This document shows positions 39,953-50,041 of a stretch of DNA of 64,000 nucleotides, one piece after another. Within the stretch, counting starts at the first letter, position 1; each line of letters opens with the position of its first letter. The position numbers and the translations under genes were made by a program. The notes beneath the pieces are model-generated. The model did not search any database, was not told where the DNA came from, and saw only the letters and a program-made list of their open reading frames with translations. Source of the DNA: Tannerella sp. oral taxon 808 (GTDB lineage: Bacteria > Bacteroidota > Bacteroidia > Bacteroidales > Tannerellaceae); NCBI GenBank assembly GCA_002890585.1, contig MIQB01000003.1:6727-70726 (forward strand), given 5' to 3'.

Positions 39953-40615
39953 ATGAGGAAACAATGGATCGCGATGGTTGCGGCGGTGGCCCTCTCGGTG
40001 GCAGCAAATGCGCAAGAGGCTGCGGAACTTTTTGTGAATATGCCTGAGGTGCATCTGGCAGAGCTGGATGCTGACGCGCGGAGGGAGTTAGTGAGGCTTT
40101 ACGACCCGAAATCGAAGGAGGACGTGAAGGCGAAAGTGCCGAACGCGCTGAGGGGAGAGGCGAGAATTACGCTGTTGACGCCAGATTACATATCGCTCTA
40201 TACGAGCCAGCGGAGCCGCATGGAGCTCAGGCGATTGCCCCTCGTGAACCATACCTATGTGATCTGCTTAATAACGACGGTCGAGGGGCCGGCGATGGAT
40301 AGCAGGGTGGAGTTTTTCACGACAGATTGGCAGCCGTTGGTGGCCTCGGAGCTGTATCGGCCGGCGAGGATGGAGGACTTCCTGCGCGAGGGGGTGGATA
40401 CGACCGAGGCGGACTATGGCGACATCAAAGCGGCCGCGGATATGGGGCTGTTCCTCTATTCGCTGAGCGCAGAGAAACCCGTACTGACGGTGACGTACAC
40501 CACGCCGGATTATTTCAATGAGGCCATGCGAAAGAAGGCTGAGCGATATTTCAATAAAGCGGCCATGCCAAGGCTATACAAATGGAATAACGGGCGCTTT
40601 GATTTCTTGAAATAG
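39953..40615 (+). CDS. Secreted hypothetical protein (DUF3256-like)
   Basis: The internal start gives the signal peptide MRKQWIAMVAAVALSVAANAQ. The family name is recalled. The ORF-track start at 39857 lies inside the repeat region. Confidence 0.5.
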   Translation: MRKQWIAMVAAVALSVAANAQEAAELFVNMPEVHLAELDADARRELVRLYDPKSKEDVKAKVPNALRGEARITLLTPDYISLYTSQRSRMELRRLPLVNHTYVICLITTVEGPAMDSRVEFFTTDWQPLVASELYRPARMEDFLREGVDTTEADYGDIKAAADMGLFLYSLSAEKPVLTVTYTTPDYFNEAMRKKAERYFNKAAMPRLYKWNNGRFDFLK

Positions 40616-40638
40616 ACCTTTTATCAACACATACATAT

Positions 40639-42684
40639 ATGAATCGAAAGTATCTTTTAGTAGCAGCATTAATTCCATTGATGATGACAGGAAATGCACA
40701 AACGCAACCAGCGGCAACACCGGCTGGTGGTGATGCGGGTATCCGCATCGAAAATTTGGACAAGTCAATGGCTCCGGCCACTGACTTTTATCAATTCGCT
40801 TGCGGCGGATGGATGAAGAATCACCCGCTGACGGGCGAATATTCGCGCTTCGGCTCGTTCGACATGCTCGCGGAAAACAACCGCAAGCAACTGAAAGGGC
40901 TGATCGAGGAAATCGCCGGACGAAAGAACGAACCGGGATCGGTGGCGCAGAAGATTGGCGACCTCTACAACCTGGCGATGGACAGCACCCGGCGCAATGC
41001 CGAGAGCGTAGCGCCGCTCAAGCCCTGGCTCGACCGCGTCAGCGCTGTGAAGGACAAAAAGGAACTCTCCACCCTGTTGCCGGAGATGATGCTCACGGGC
41101 ACCAGCCCCTTCTTCGGCGTCTACGTGGATGCCGATGTGATGGACAGCAAGCGCAACATCTTCGCCACCTACCAGGGCGGACTCTCGCTCGGCGAACGCG
41201 ATTATTACCTCGAGAACGACGAGAGCACGAAGAAGATCCGCGAGGCATTCAAGGAGCACGTGGTGAAGATGTTCCAGCTCTTCGGTTACTCAAAGGCCGA
41301 CGCCCAGAAGCAGATGGCCGACGTGATGCGTATTGAAACGCGTCTGGCCCGCTCGCACTTCGACAAGGTGAAGCTCCGCGACCCCTATGCCAACTACCAC
41401 AAGAAGCCGCTCAGCGACTTGCAGAAGTTAGTCCCGAACATCGACTGGACGAAGTTCTTGGCCACACTCAAGGTAGACGTCAAGGAACTCTCCATCTCGC
41501 AAGAGGAGCCGATGAAGGAAGTCTCGAAGGTGATCGCCGACGAGCCGCTATCGGCCATCAAGGCATACCTGACATGGCAACTGATCGACGACGCAGCGTC
41601 AGCATTGAGCGACGCGGTGTATGAAGAGAACTTCAACTTCTACGGCCGCGTGCTCTCCGGCAAGACGGAGATGCAGCCGCGCTGGAAGCGTGCGCAGAGC
41701 AGCGTGAGCGGCGGCTTAGGCGAAGCCGTGGGGCAACTCTATGTCGAGAAATATTTCCCGCCCGCATCGAAGGAGCGCATGGTGAACCTCGTGCACAACT
41801 TGCAGAAGGCGTACGCCGAGCGCATCCAAAAGCTCGACTGGATGAGCGACGAAACGAAGGCAAAGGCCATCGAAAAACTGAAAGCCTTCTACGTCAAGAT
41901 CGGCTACCCAGACAAGTGGAAAGACTACTCGACGCTCGAGATAAAGCCCGAAGATTCGTACCTGAAAAACATGGAGCGCGTCAGCCGCTTTGCCGTGCGC
42001 GAGATGTTGGACAAGGCCACGAAACCGGTGGATCGCGACAAGTGGTACATGACGCCGCAAACCGTCAACGCCTATTATAACCCGACAACGAACGAGATCT
42101 GCTTCCCGGCCGGCATCTTGCAATACCCCTTCTTCGACATGCAAGCTGACGACGCCTTCAACTACGGCGCCATCGGCGTGGTGATCGGTCACGAAATGAC
42201 GCACGGTTTCGACGATCAGGGCCGCCAATTCGATAAAGATGGCAACCTGAAAAACTGGTGGACAGAAGCCGACGGTGTGAAGTTCAACGAGCGCGCCAAG
42301 GTGATGTCCGACTTCTACGACAGCATCTACGTAGCCCCCGGCGTGCACGCCAACGGCAAGTTTACGCTCGGCGAAACACTGGCTGACTTCGGCGGCTTGC
42401 AGATCGCTTACCAAGCCTTCAAAGAGGCCACAGCCGGCCGCCCGCAAGAGGACAAGCTCGGCTTCACGCCTGACCAACGCTTTTTCTTAGCCTACGCCGC
42501 TGTTTGGGCCAGCAACATCCGCGATGAGGAGATTCTGCGCCTGACGAAGACGGACCCGCACGCACTGGGTAAATGGCGCGTCAACGGCGAACTGCCTCAG
42601 ATTGATGCGTGGTATGAAGCCTTTGGCATCACCGAGAGCAGCCCCATGTACATCCCGAAAGAGAAACGCGTAACGATTTGGTGA
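40639..42684 (+). CDS. pepO: M13-family zinc metallopeptidase (PepO / endothelin-converting-enzyme-like)
   Basis: Signal peptide, HEMTHGFDDQG zinc motif, a downstream ExxxD region, and a ...VNGELPQIDAWYEAF... C-terminus typical of M13. Confidence 0.85.
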   Translation: MNRKYLLVAALIPLMMTGNAQTQPAATPAGGDAGIRIENLDKSMAPATDFYQFACGGWMKNHPLTGEYSRFGSFDMLAENNRKQLKGLIEEIAGRKNEPGSVAQKIGDLYNLAMDSTRRNAESVAPLKPWLDRVSAVKDKKELSTLLPEMMLTGTSPFFGVYVDADVMDSKRNIFATYQGGLSLGERDYYLENDESTKKIREAFKEHVVKMFQLFGYSKADAQKQMADVMRIETRLARSHFDKVKLRDPYANYHKKPLSDLQKLVPNIDWTKFLATLKVDVKELSISQEEPMKEVSKVIADEPLSAIKAYLTWQLIDDAASALSDAVYEENFNFYGRVLSGKTEMQPRWKRAQSSVSGGLGEAVGQLYVEKYFPPASKERMVNLVHNLQKAYAERIQKLDWMSDETKAKAIEKLKAFYVKIGYPDKWKDYSTLEIKPEDSYLKNMERVSRFAVREMLDKATKPVDRDKWYMTPQTVNAYYNPTTNEICFPAGILQYPFFDMQADDAFNYGAIGVVIGHEMTHGFDDQGRQFDKDGNLKNWWTEADGVKFNERAKVMSDFYDSIYVAPGVHANGKFTLGETLADFGGLQIAYQAFKEATAGRPQEDKLGFTPDQRFFLAYAAVWASNIRDEEILRLTKTDPHALGKWRVNGELPQIDAWYEAFGITESSPMYIPKEKRVTIW

Positions 42685-42696
42685 AATAAGATAGAT

Positions 42697-44169
42697 ATGA
42701 AAACACGAGCCTTCATGCTCGTCGCAATGGTCTGCCTCGCAAGTGCTTTGCGCCTTGCGGGGCAGTCTTTTCATGCCGACGAGATAAAGAAACTGAAGAC
42801 CTTCCTCCGGCAGAAATCCGCCGTAGCGGGGAAGGCAAACTATGAGCAATTGGGCGTCGCGGATACGAATGCGATCAACTGGGCCGCGCTGCCGGGCCTC
42901 ACATGGGGCGACGACGGCCGGCTGACGGCCATCAAGTGGGACAGCAAGCAATTGGCCGGCAGCTTAGATCTTTCAGGGTTCACCTCCCTCCGAGAGCTCC
43001 ATTGCCAGCGCAATGCCCTCACCGAGCTCCTCCTGACCGGCGACACGCTGCTCTACTACACCGATTGCTACAACAACGCGTTCACGGCGTTGGATATCAC
43101 GACAAACGTCAACATGGAGCACTTCTGCTGCCGGTATAACCGACTCACTACCCTCGATTTGACGCATAATCCGCGACTTACTTTCCTCTGCTTGAGCGGA
43201 AACCTCTTCACCCACTTCGACATCTCGAAAAATCCACTGTTGAAGGAATTTTACATCGCTAATTGCCGTTTAGAAGAGATAGACTTCTCGCGCAATCCGC
43301 ATTTGCAGCACCTTTCCGTGCGCAGCAATCGGCTGAAGCGCCTCGACCTTTCGGGTCACGCAGAGCTCATTCAGGCTTTGTGTTACGACAACGAACTGAC
43401 GGAACTCAACGTAAAAGGCTGCCGCGCCCTCCAGCGCCTCTCGGCTTACGATAATCGGCTCTCCGCGCTCGATCTCACAGATTGCCGAGCCTTAGAGAAC
43501 CTCCCGCTTTACAACAACGCCATTGCCGCGCTCGACGTCTCGGCTTGCCCGCGAATCAATTTCATGTCGTTGATGAATAATGGCATGCACACCCTCAAAT
43601 TACCTGACAAGCCGAAGGATAAGTTGGAGATCATGTGCGCAGTCAATCGGTTCACTTACTCCACGCTTCCGGATGCCAAATATCTTCGCTCGTACGCGCC
43701 GCAGGCGAAGGTGGCCGTCAATATGCCGACGAACAAAGTGGATCTCTCGAGCGAATATCAGGTGGGCGATTCCGTCTCCACCTTCACTTGGGCAAGCGGC
43801 AGCATGCCAATCACCCCAACGACAGCGCATGACGGGCATTTCACTTTCCCTGCAGACATGGAGGGAAAGATGCTGACGTGCACCATTACGAATGGCGCTT
43901 ACCCCAAGCTCACGCTTACGTATGAAATCACGTTCACCGCGCCCGTCGCCTCTGCGGTCGTTCCCGATGCGTCGGCGACAATAAGCGCCAGCGCCGGAAG
44001 CCTCAAGATTCTTACCGCTCGACCGCTTACCGCTTGCATATATACACTCACTGGATCGCTTGTCATCCAACAGCGTATTGGTGTGGGAGAAACGAACCTC
44101 CCCATCGCTCACGGCATCTATATCGTAACACTCAGTGACGGAACTGTGCGAAAGGTGTTTGTAGAATAG
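42697..44169 (+). CDS. Leucine-rich-repeat (BspA-like) surface protein with a C-terminal T9SS sorting domain
   Basis: At least 12 LRR units of about 23 aa (LxxLxCxxNxLTxLDLxxN) and a C-terminal ...LPIAHGIYIVTLSDGTVRKVFVE Por-secretion CTD. A rho-independent terminator at about 44185..44225 follows. Confidence 0.75.
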   Translation: MKTRAFMLVAMVCLASALRLAGQSFHADEIKKLKTFLRQKSAVAGKANYEQLGVADTNAINWAALPGLTWGDDGRLTAIKWDSKQLAGSLDLSGFTSLRELHCQRNALTELLLTGDTLLYYTDCYNNAFTALDITTNVNMEHFCCRYNRLTTLDLTHNPRLTFLCLSGNLFTHFDISKNPLLKEFYIANCRLEEIDFSRNPHLQHLSVRSNRLKRLDLSGHAELIQALCYDNELTELNVKGCRALQRLSAYDNRLSALDLTDCRALENLPLYNNAIAALDVSACPRINFMSLMNNGMHTLKLPDKPKDKLEIMCAVNRFTYSTLPDAKYLRSYAPQAKVAVNMPTNKVDLSSEYQVGDSVSTFTWASGSMPITPTTAHDGHFTFPADMEGKMLTCTITNGAYPKLTLTYEITFTAPVASAVVPDASATISASAGSLKILTARPLTACIYTLTGSLVIQQRIGVGETNLPIAHGIYIVTLSDGTVRKVFVE

Positions 44170-44334
44170 CATACAATAACATTCGCCGATCTAAAGCCCC
44201 TGCAAGTATCGATTTGTAGGGGCTTTTTTTCGCTTTGCTTTGAACAGAAATAAATGCTTAGCGCCATATATCTTTCGGCAAATAGGCTATACCTATATAT
44301 GTAATTACATAGCGTGAGCGTTTTTCAATTCATC

Positions 44335-44615
44335 AAATCAGATGCTCAATTGCCTGAGGCAAATGGATGAATCAAAATGAAAATACGCAAAAGCCTCAGG
44401 CAAATGGACATTTCATATTGAAAACACACAAAAGCTTCAGGCAAATGGACGTTTTAGATTGAAAACGCGCAAAAGCCTCAGGAAAATGGATGTTTCAGAT
44501 TGAAAACACGCAAAAGCCTCAGGCAAATGGACGTTTCAGATTGAAAACACGCAAAAGCCTCAGGCAAATGGACATTTCAGATTGAAAACTCCAAAATACC
44601 TCAGGCAATTGCGCA
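44335..44615. repeat. 41-bp tandem repeat, about 6 copies (gcaaaagcctcaggcaaatggacgtttcagattgaaaacac), bounded by the terminal inverted repeats caattgcctgagg ... cctcaggcaattg
   Basis: Periodicity and flanking inverted repeats read directly. An AT-rich promoter-like stretch lies downstream. Confidence 0.8.
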
Positions 44616-44724
44616 GAAAAAAATTAGAGAGCTAAGCGCCTTGTGCTTTGAGATGTAAAAGATGCTTGTAACTTTGCAGTGTATTTCTAATGAATGAATT
44701 GAACATATAATACAACATAGCTTT

Positions 44725-45654
44725 ATGGAAAAGTTTGAATTAAATATTCCGCGCGTAATCACTTTCGTCAAGGTGAATATCACAAAGTTGAATAACACGC
44801 TCCATGCGCAGTATCACCGCAAACAATACGATCTCGTCATGGCAGTAGACAAAACGAAGCTGAAGATCCCGGATACCTTGCCGGAGATGTGGAATACAGG
44901 AATCAAGTATGAAACGATAGTCGATCAACGGTCTGCGATATCCTCAGAAACAGCCAAGATAAAGGAGAAAGATCGGGAGCGTGGTAATCAGATGATGAAT
45001 ATTTTCTTGATCATTCGTGCACAAAAACATTCTCATGTCGAGAATGTGCGCGAAGCTGCTTTGCGACTCTCTGCAAAGCTCAGTCTGTACAAGAAAATTC
45101 GTCATATGCCTTATGAAATGGAAAGCAGCTGCCTGGTGAGCATGGAAGATGATATAAAAACCATGACAGCTGAAATCGCTACGCTTAATCTGACTGATGC
45201 ATTCAATAACCTGAAGAAGTTGAACGAAGAATTTGAGAAACTCCACGTAAGACGCCGCATTGACCACGCTGACGACAAATTACCCTTGGCCGTCGAGATC
45301 CGTCCGCAAACCGATGCTGCATTTGGAGCCATCTGCCAGTATATTCAATCAGCATATCTTACAGCCGCTTCAGACGAAGATCGTGCGCTAATCGAACGCC
45401 TTGTTGACTATATGAATAAGACTTCTGAGGATTTCAAAATCTTACAACGAAACCTCACAGCTTCTCATAGGAAGAATAAGCAGAAGCGCCCAAGCGATAA
45501 GAAAAAGCGCCCCAAAAAACCGAAAGACGGTGGCGGCGACGACATTCACCTGCCTGAGGTGGAAGAGCCGAAAAAGCCTGAAGAGGGTGGTGGCGAAAAA
45601 CCTAAGCAACCTGAAGAGGGCGGAGGAGGCGATACGCCTCATCCGGAGGCATAG
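44725..45654 (+). CDS. Hypothetical protein with a Lys/Pro/Gly-rich C-terminal tail (paralog of 30591..31526)
   Basis: 309 aa. The N-terminus ME(K/E)F...N..R shares a pattern with the paralog. The tail is ...KKKRPKKPKDGGGDDIHLPEVEEPKKPEEGGGEKPKQPEEGGGGD. Local GC is clearly below the window average. Confidence 0.6.
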   Translation: MEKFELNIPRVITFVKVNITKLNNTLHAQYHRKQYDLVMAVDKTKLKIPDTLPEMWNTGIKYETIVDQRSAISSETAKIKEKDRERGNQMMNIFLIIRAQKHSHVENVREAALRLSAKLSLYKKIRHMPYEMESSCLVSMEDDIKTMTAEIATLNLTDAFNNLKKLNEEFEKLHVRRRIDHADDKLPLAVEIRPQTDAAFGAICQYIQSAYLTAASDEDRALIERLVDYMNKTSEDFKILQRNLTASHRKNKQKRPSDKKKRPKKPKDGGGDDIHLPEVEEPKKPEEGGGEKPKQPEEGGGGDTPHPEA

Positions 45655-45808
45655 ATCGCTGGAGGGGTGAGGCCAATCGATCTGCTGGATCCACGAAGCC
45701 GCACGCTGCGACGCACCGCATAAAACCATAGTCAAAAAGAAAGCTCCCGTTGGGGGATCAAGAAGATCCTCTCAACGGGAGCTTTCGCTTTCCGGTGTTT
45801 GTTTTATC

Positions 45809-46366
45809 TCACTCCACAACCTCTTCGTCAGTGACGACAGCCGTCATGCGGCGATCGTGCGCGTCGACCGGAACGCTGTCGAAGAGCTGAAAGGCAAAGG
45901 CGAGTCCGACGCACGGCAGGCTGAGGTCTGAGAGCAAACGATCGTAGTATCCGCGGCCGCGCCCGAGCCGGTTCAGCTGGCGATCGAAGGCTATGCCGGG
46001 CACAACGATCAGGTCGGGCTTAGCGCTGTCGTCCGAGGCATCGCTGAGGGCTGGCTCCCAAATGTCGTAAGCGCCTTGGCGCAGACTTTCTGGGCCTGCG
46101 TAAGGGCGAAGGATGAGGTCGTCGCCTTGCACGACGGGCAAAAGGAGTTGCTTGCGGCCGTACCAACGTGTCAGGTAGTCAGCAGTCTGCACCTCGCCGG
46201 GCAACGCGTGGTAAAGCGCCACGCAGCCGGCGGCTTGAAAGAGCGCCGTAGCTTCTAAGCGGCGCAGCGCTTCGCGTGAGCGCTCCGCAAGCACTTCTGG
46301 GCTGTGGGCGCGCTTCAGCGCTGCCACCTGTTTACGCAGCGCCTGTTTTCGTTCGTTGATGGTCAT
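45809..46366 (-). CDS. 5-formyltetrahydrofolate cyclo-ligase
   Basis: Roughly 185 aa with ...GRGRGYYDR... near the C-terminus. Confidence 0.75.
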   Translation of the reverse strand: MTINERKQALRKQVAALKRAHSPEVLAERSREALRRLEATALFQAAGCVALYHALPGEVQTADYLTRWYGRKQLLLPVVQGDDLILRPYAGPESLRQGAYDIWEPALSDASDDSAKPDLIVVPGIAFDRQLNRLGRGRGYYDRLLSDLSLPCVGLAFAFQLFDSVPVDAHDRRMTAVVTDEEVVE

Positions 46367-48060
46367 TTTGTGTACTTGATTTTAGCGGCGAGGGGGATTT
46401 TGATGCGCCCAATGGAGCGAATGCGCGAAATGAGCCGCTGTTGCCATGAATTGCTTTCCAGCTCGCGGACGGCGCGCTGCAACGTGGCGTCGTCGCGTTG
46501 ATAGACGGGATAGAAGCCGTCGTAGTCGAAAAAGTGACGTACGATGAAGGCTTCGATGGCGGTTTCGATGAGCGGACGCGAGACTTCGATGAGCGTCGGG
46601 CGCCGATGGACGCCACACTCCTCGGCGTAGTCAACGAAGCGGCTGAGGAGGGATTGCTGGCGGAGGTAGCCGAGAAGCTCGGGGTAGGACTTGAAAGTGG
46701 AGAGCTTCCGGTAATTGCGGTCGGCGTAATCGAGTGTGAAGTCGTAGAGGATGCCGTCGGTCATGATTTGGTTGTAATACGACGTGATGCGCTCCGTGTC
46801 GCGCGGAATAAAGATGTCTGGCATGATGCCGCCTCCGCCGTAGACGGTTCGGCCGCCTCGCGTTTTGTAGGCCTCAGATTTGTCGAAGGTGATGCTGTCA
46901 GCTGTGTCGAACTCGCCGTGGACGTAGCGGTTGTAGATATCCTGTTCGTATTCATCGCTTTTCCCCAGCTCGTAAGTCTTTTGGATGCAGCGGCCGGAGG
47001 GGGTGTAGTATCGCGCGATGGTCAGGCGCAGCTCGGAGCCGTCGGAGAGGGGGATGGGCATCTGCACAAGGCCTTTGCCGTATGATCGTCGGCCGATGAT
47101 CAGCCCGCGGTCGTTGTCCTGAATGGCGCCGGCAAAGATCTCGCTGGCTGATCCGGACATCTCATCCGTGAGCACAACTAAGGGCGCGTCTTGGCACGTC
47201 CCGCGGCCGTCGGCAAAGAACTCCTGGCGGGGGTAGGCTTTGCCTTGCACATAGACGATCATCTGCCCGGCAGGGATGAACTCGTTAATCATGTTCACGG
47301 CCGCGTCCATCAGTCCGCCGGCGTTATCGCGCAGGTCGACGATGAACTTCGTGCAGCCTTGCTTCTTTTCCTTAGCAATAGCGGTGATGAACTCGTTGTA
47401 GGTGGTTCGCGTGAAGCTGCGGACCTTGATGTAACCGATGTCGCGACCGATCTTGTACGACGCTTCCACCGAGCGGTTTGGCACCTCGCCGCGGGTGACG
47501 ATGAAGTCCACCAGTTTTTGGGCATGGTTACGCTGCACACCGAGCTTCACCCGGGTTCCCTTCTTGCCGCGGAGGGTGCGCATGATGCGCGCCTGTCCGA
47601 AGTCTTTGCCAGCAAAGACGGTATCGTTGATAGCGATGATGCGGTCGAATGGCTTTAGGCCGGCCTTCTCCGCAGGTCCGCCGGCGATAATTCCGGTGAC
47701 GAGTATCGTGTCGCTCTGTAGGCTAAAGGATACGCCGATGCCACCGAACGACCCTTCTAAGTCGTCGTTGATAGCCTCTACATTTTCGGCAGGGATGAGC
47801 ATGGAGTGCGGGTCGAGCTCGCTGATGAGGCTCTCGGCCGTGCGGTTGATGAGGTCGCTCATGTTCACCGTGTCCACATACTGTGTGTCGATGATATCGA
47901 GGATCGTGTTGATTTTGTTTTTGCCCGCATTGATACCGCGGAGGCGGGGCGACCGCGAATAGAGGTAGATGCCGATCCACATGCCCAGACAGAGGCTCAC
48001 AAGGGCGAGGATGGCTCCCCACAAGACGTACTTACGCTGATTATTCATGATTTTCTTCAT
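46363..48060 (-). CDS. ctpA: S41-family C-terminal processing peptidase
   Basis: N-terminal anchor, a PDZ region, and the catalytic block GSASEIFAGAIQDNDRGLIIGRRSYGKGLVQ. Confidence 0.85.
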   Translation of the reverse strand: MKKIMNNQRKYVLWGAILALVSLCLGMWIGIYLYSRSPRLRGINAGKNKINTILDIIDTQYVDTVNMSDLINRTAESLISELDPHSMLIPAENVEAINDDLEGSFGGIGVSFSLQSDTILVTGIIAGGPAEKAGLKPFDRIIAINDTVFAGKDFGQARIMRTLRGKKGTRVKLGVQRNHAQKLVDFIVTRGEVPNRSVEASYKIGRDIGYIKVRSFTRTTYNEFITAIAKEKKQGCTKFIVDLRDNAGGLMDAAVNMINEFIPAGQMIVYVQGKAYPRQEFFADGRGTCQDAPLVVLTDEMSGSASEIFAGAIQDNDRGLIIGRRSYGKGLVQMPIPLSDGSELRLTIARYYTPSGRCIQKTYELGKSDEYEQDIYNRYVHGEFDTADSITFDKSEAYKTRGGRTVYGGGGIMPDIFIPRDTERITSYYNQIMTDGILYDFTLDYADRNYRKLSTFKSYPELLGYLRQQSLLSRFVDYAEECGVHRRPTLIEVSRPLIETAIEAFIVRHFFDYDGFYPVYQRDDATLQRAVRELESNSWQQRLISRIRSIGRIKIPLAAKIKYTK

Positions 48061-48487
48061 TGATTCTGATGTAATCTACCGCAATGCCTGCGCGCTGCAG
48101 CAGGCGGATGCCCTCGTCGGTGTGATACTCGTCGGAGTAAACCACGCGCACAACGCCGGCTTGTATGATGAGCTTAGCGCACTCGATGCAGGGCGAGGCG
48201 GTGATGTAGATGGTGGAGCCTCGGCTGTTGTTTGACGAGGCTGCCACCTTGGTGATGGCGTTTGCTTCGGCGTGCAGCACGTAGGGCTTGGTCACGCCGT
48301 CGTCATCTTCGCAGATGTTTTCAAAGCCGGACGGGGTGCCGTTGTATCCGTCCGAAATAATCATGTGGTCTTTGACAAGCAGTGCGCCTACGCGGCGGCG
48401 TTTGCAATAGGAATTTTCAGCCCAGACGGCAGCCATACGTAGATAGCGCCTATCCGTCTCGTATTGTTTCATTTCCTTATCCGTCAT
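48041..48487 (-). CDS. dCMP deaminase (ComEB-like)
   Basis: Cytidine/deoxycytidylate deaminase zinc motifs HAEANAI and PCIECAKLIIQAG. Confidence 0.8.
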   Translation of the reverse strand: MTDKEMKQYETDRRYLRMAAVWAENSYCKRRRVGALLVKDHMIISDGYNGTPSGFENICEDDDGVTKPYVLHAEANAITKVAASSNNSRGSTIYITASPCIECAKLIIQAGVVRVVYSDEYHTDEGIRLLQRAGIAVDYIRINEENHE

Positions 48488-48700
48488 CGGTACAATATGA
48501 ATGTGTAATGCTTCGTCCTTCCGGGCGGCGTCGTGGAGGCGCTCGAAGGGGTGCGCAAAAGTAGCATTATGCCTAAGCGGTGGATAGGGAAATGGATGCT
48601 TTGCCTATGCCAACATGCTGGGGTCGATTTTTCTCGTCTTTTATATTTGCCCTGCGAAAAAGAAACAGTGCGAATCCTTAATCCTTAATATCTAAGTCTT

Positions 48701-50032
48701 ATGCCTGATCAAAAGAAACTGACCGGGCGATCGCTGATCGCCATCGGACTGATGTTGTTTGCCTTGTTCTTCGGAGCGGGGAACTTGATTTTTCCTGCTG
48801 CGCTGGGGCAGCGCGCGGGGACGAATGTGTGGTGGGCCATGATGGGCTTCGTGCTTACGGGTGTGGGGCTGCCGCTGGCGGGTGTGCTGGCGATGGGGCG
48901 TTCGGGGTGTCGCCATGTGCAAGATCTGGCGGGGCGTGTGCACCCTGTGTTTGGCATGCTCTTCACGCTTGTGCTCTACCTCTCTATTGGTCCGGCCTTC
49001 GCCATCCCGCGCACGGGGACGGTCTCTTACGAGATTGCCGTGCGTCCCTTCTTGTCGGAGGGGGCATCGGACTGGGCGCAGATGATCTTTCTTGCCATCT
49101 TCTTCCTCGTCACGCTTTGGCTATCGGTCAATCCCAAGAAGTTGGTTGGGCGAATCGGTGGCGTGTTGACGCCGATTCTCTTGACGGTGATCGTCGTCTT
49201 AATCGTCAAATCACTGATTACGCCACCGGGCAGCCACGGCGCGCCGACGGCAGCTTACGCTACGCCGATAAAGGCTTTCGTGCAGGGCTTCGTTGATGGT
49301 TACAATACGCTCGATGCACTGGCTTCGTTCGTGTTTGGCATCCTCGTGATTGAGTTTGTGACGCAGCGGGGAGCTACGACGCGCCACGAGGTGATGGGGG
49401 CTACGATGCGAGCGGGATTGATTGCCATCGGTTGTTTGGGGGTGGTCTACGTCTTCATTGCTGGATTAGGGGCGGCCAGTGTGGAGCAGCTCGGTATACT
49501 CGATACGGGCGCGCCCGTCTTGGCCGGATCGGCGCGGTTGCTCTTCGGCGAACTGGGGGCGATGATCTTGGCGATCATTGTGCTGCTGGCTTGCCTGACG
49601 ACGAGCATCGGGCTGGTCACGTCGTGCGCGCATTATTTCCATTCGCAGTTTGGGGGGCTCTCGTATAAGGGTTACGCTGTGGCCTTCGTTATCGTCTCGT
49701 TCGCTGTGGGCACGTTTGGGCTGAAGACGATCATCTCGGCTGCTATTCCGGTGTTGATGTTCCTCTATCCTTTGGCCATTGTGCTCATCGTGTTGGCCTT
49801 CTTGGATCCTTGTTTTGGTGGGCGGCGCTGTGTCTATGCGTGGGCCATCGGCTTGACGTTTGTTGCGGCACTTGTTTCGGGTCTGGAGGCAGCTTCAGTA
49901 CCGCTCGGTGCGGTGGGGACGTTTTACGACACGCACGTGCCGCTGCATGCGGTGGGGATGGATTGGATTTGCTTTGCTGTGGTTGGATTCCTGATCGGGA
50001 TGGCGCAAGCGAAATGGAGGAGAGGGGGATAA
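48701..50032 (+). CDS. brnQ: Branched-chain amino acid:cation symporter (LIVCS family)
   Basis: N-terminal signature LIAIGLMLFALFFGAGNLIFP and 12 predicted TM segments. Confidence 0.85.
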   Translation: MPDQKKLTGRSLIAIGLMLFALFFGAGNLIFPAALGQRAGTNVWWAMMGFVLTGVGLPLAGVLAMGRSGCRHVQDLAGRVHPVFGMLFTLVLYLSIGPAFAIPRTGTVSYEIAVRPFLSEGASDWAQMIFLAIFFLVTLWLSVNPKKLVGRIGGVLTPILLTVIVVLIVKSLITPPGSHGAPTAAYATPIKAFVQGFVDGYNTLDALASFVFGILVIEFVTQRGATTRHEVMGATMRAGLIAIGCLGVVYVFIAGLGAASVEQLGILDTGAPVLAGSARLLFGELGAMILAIIVLLACLTTSIGLVTSCAHYFHSQFGGLSYKGYAVAFVIVSFAVGTFGLKTIISAAIPVLMFLYPLAIVLIVLAFLDPCFGGRRCVYAWAIGLTFVAALVSGLEAASVPLGAVGTFYDTHVPLHAVGMDWICFAVVGFLIGMAQAKWRRGG

Positions 50033-50041
50033 GCGCCCCCC

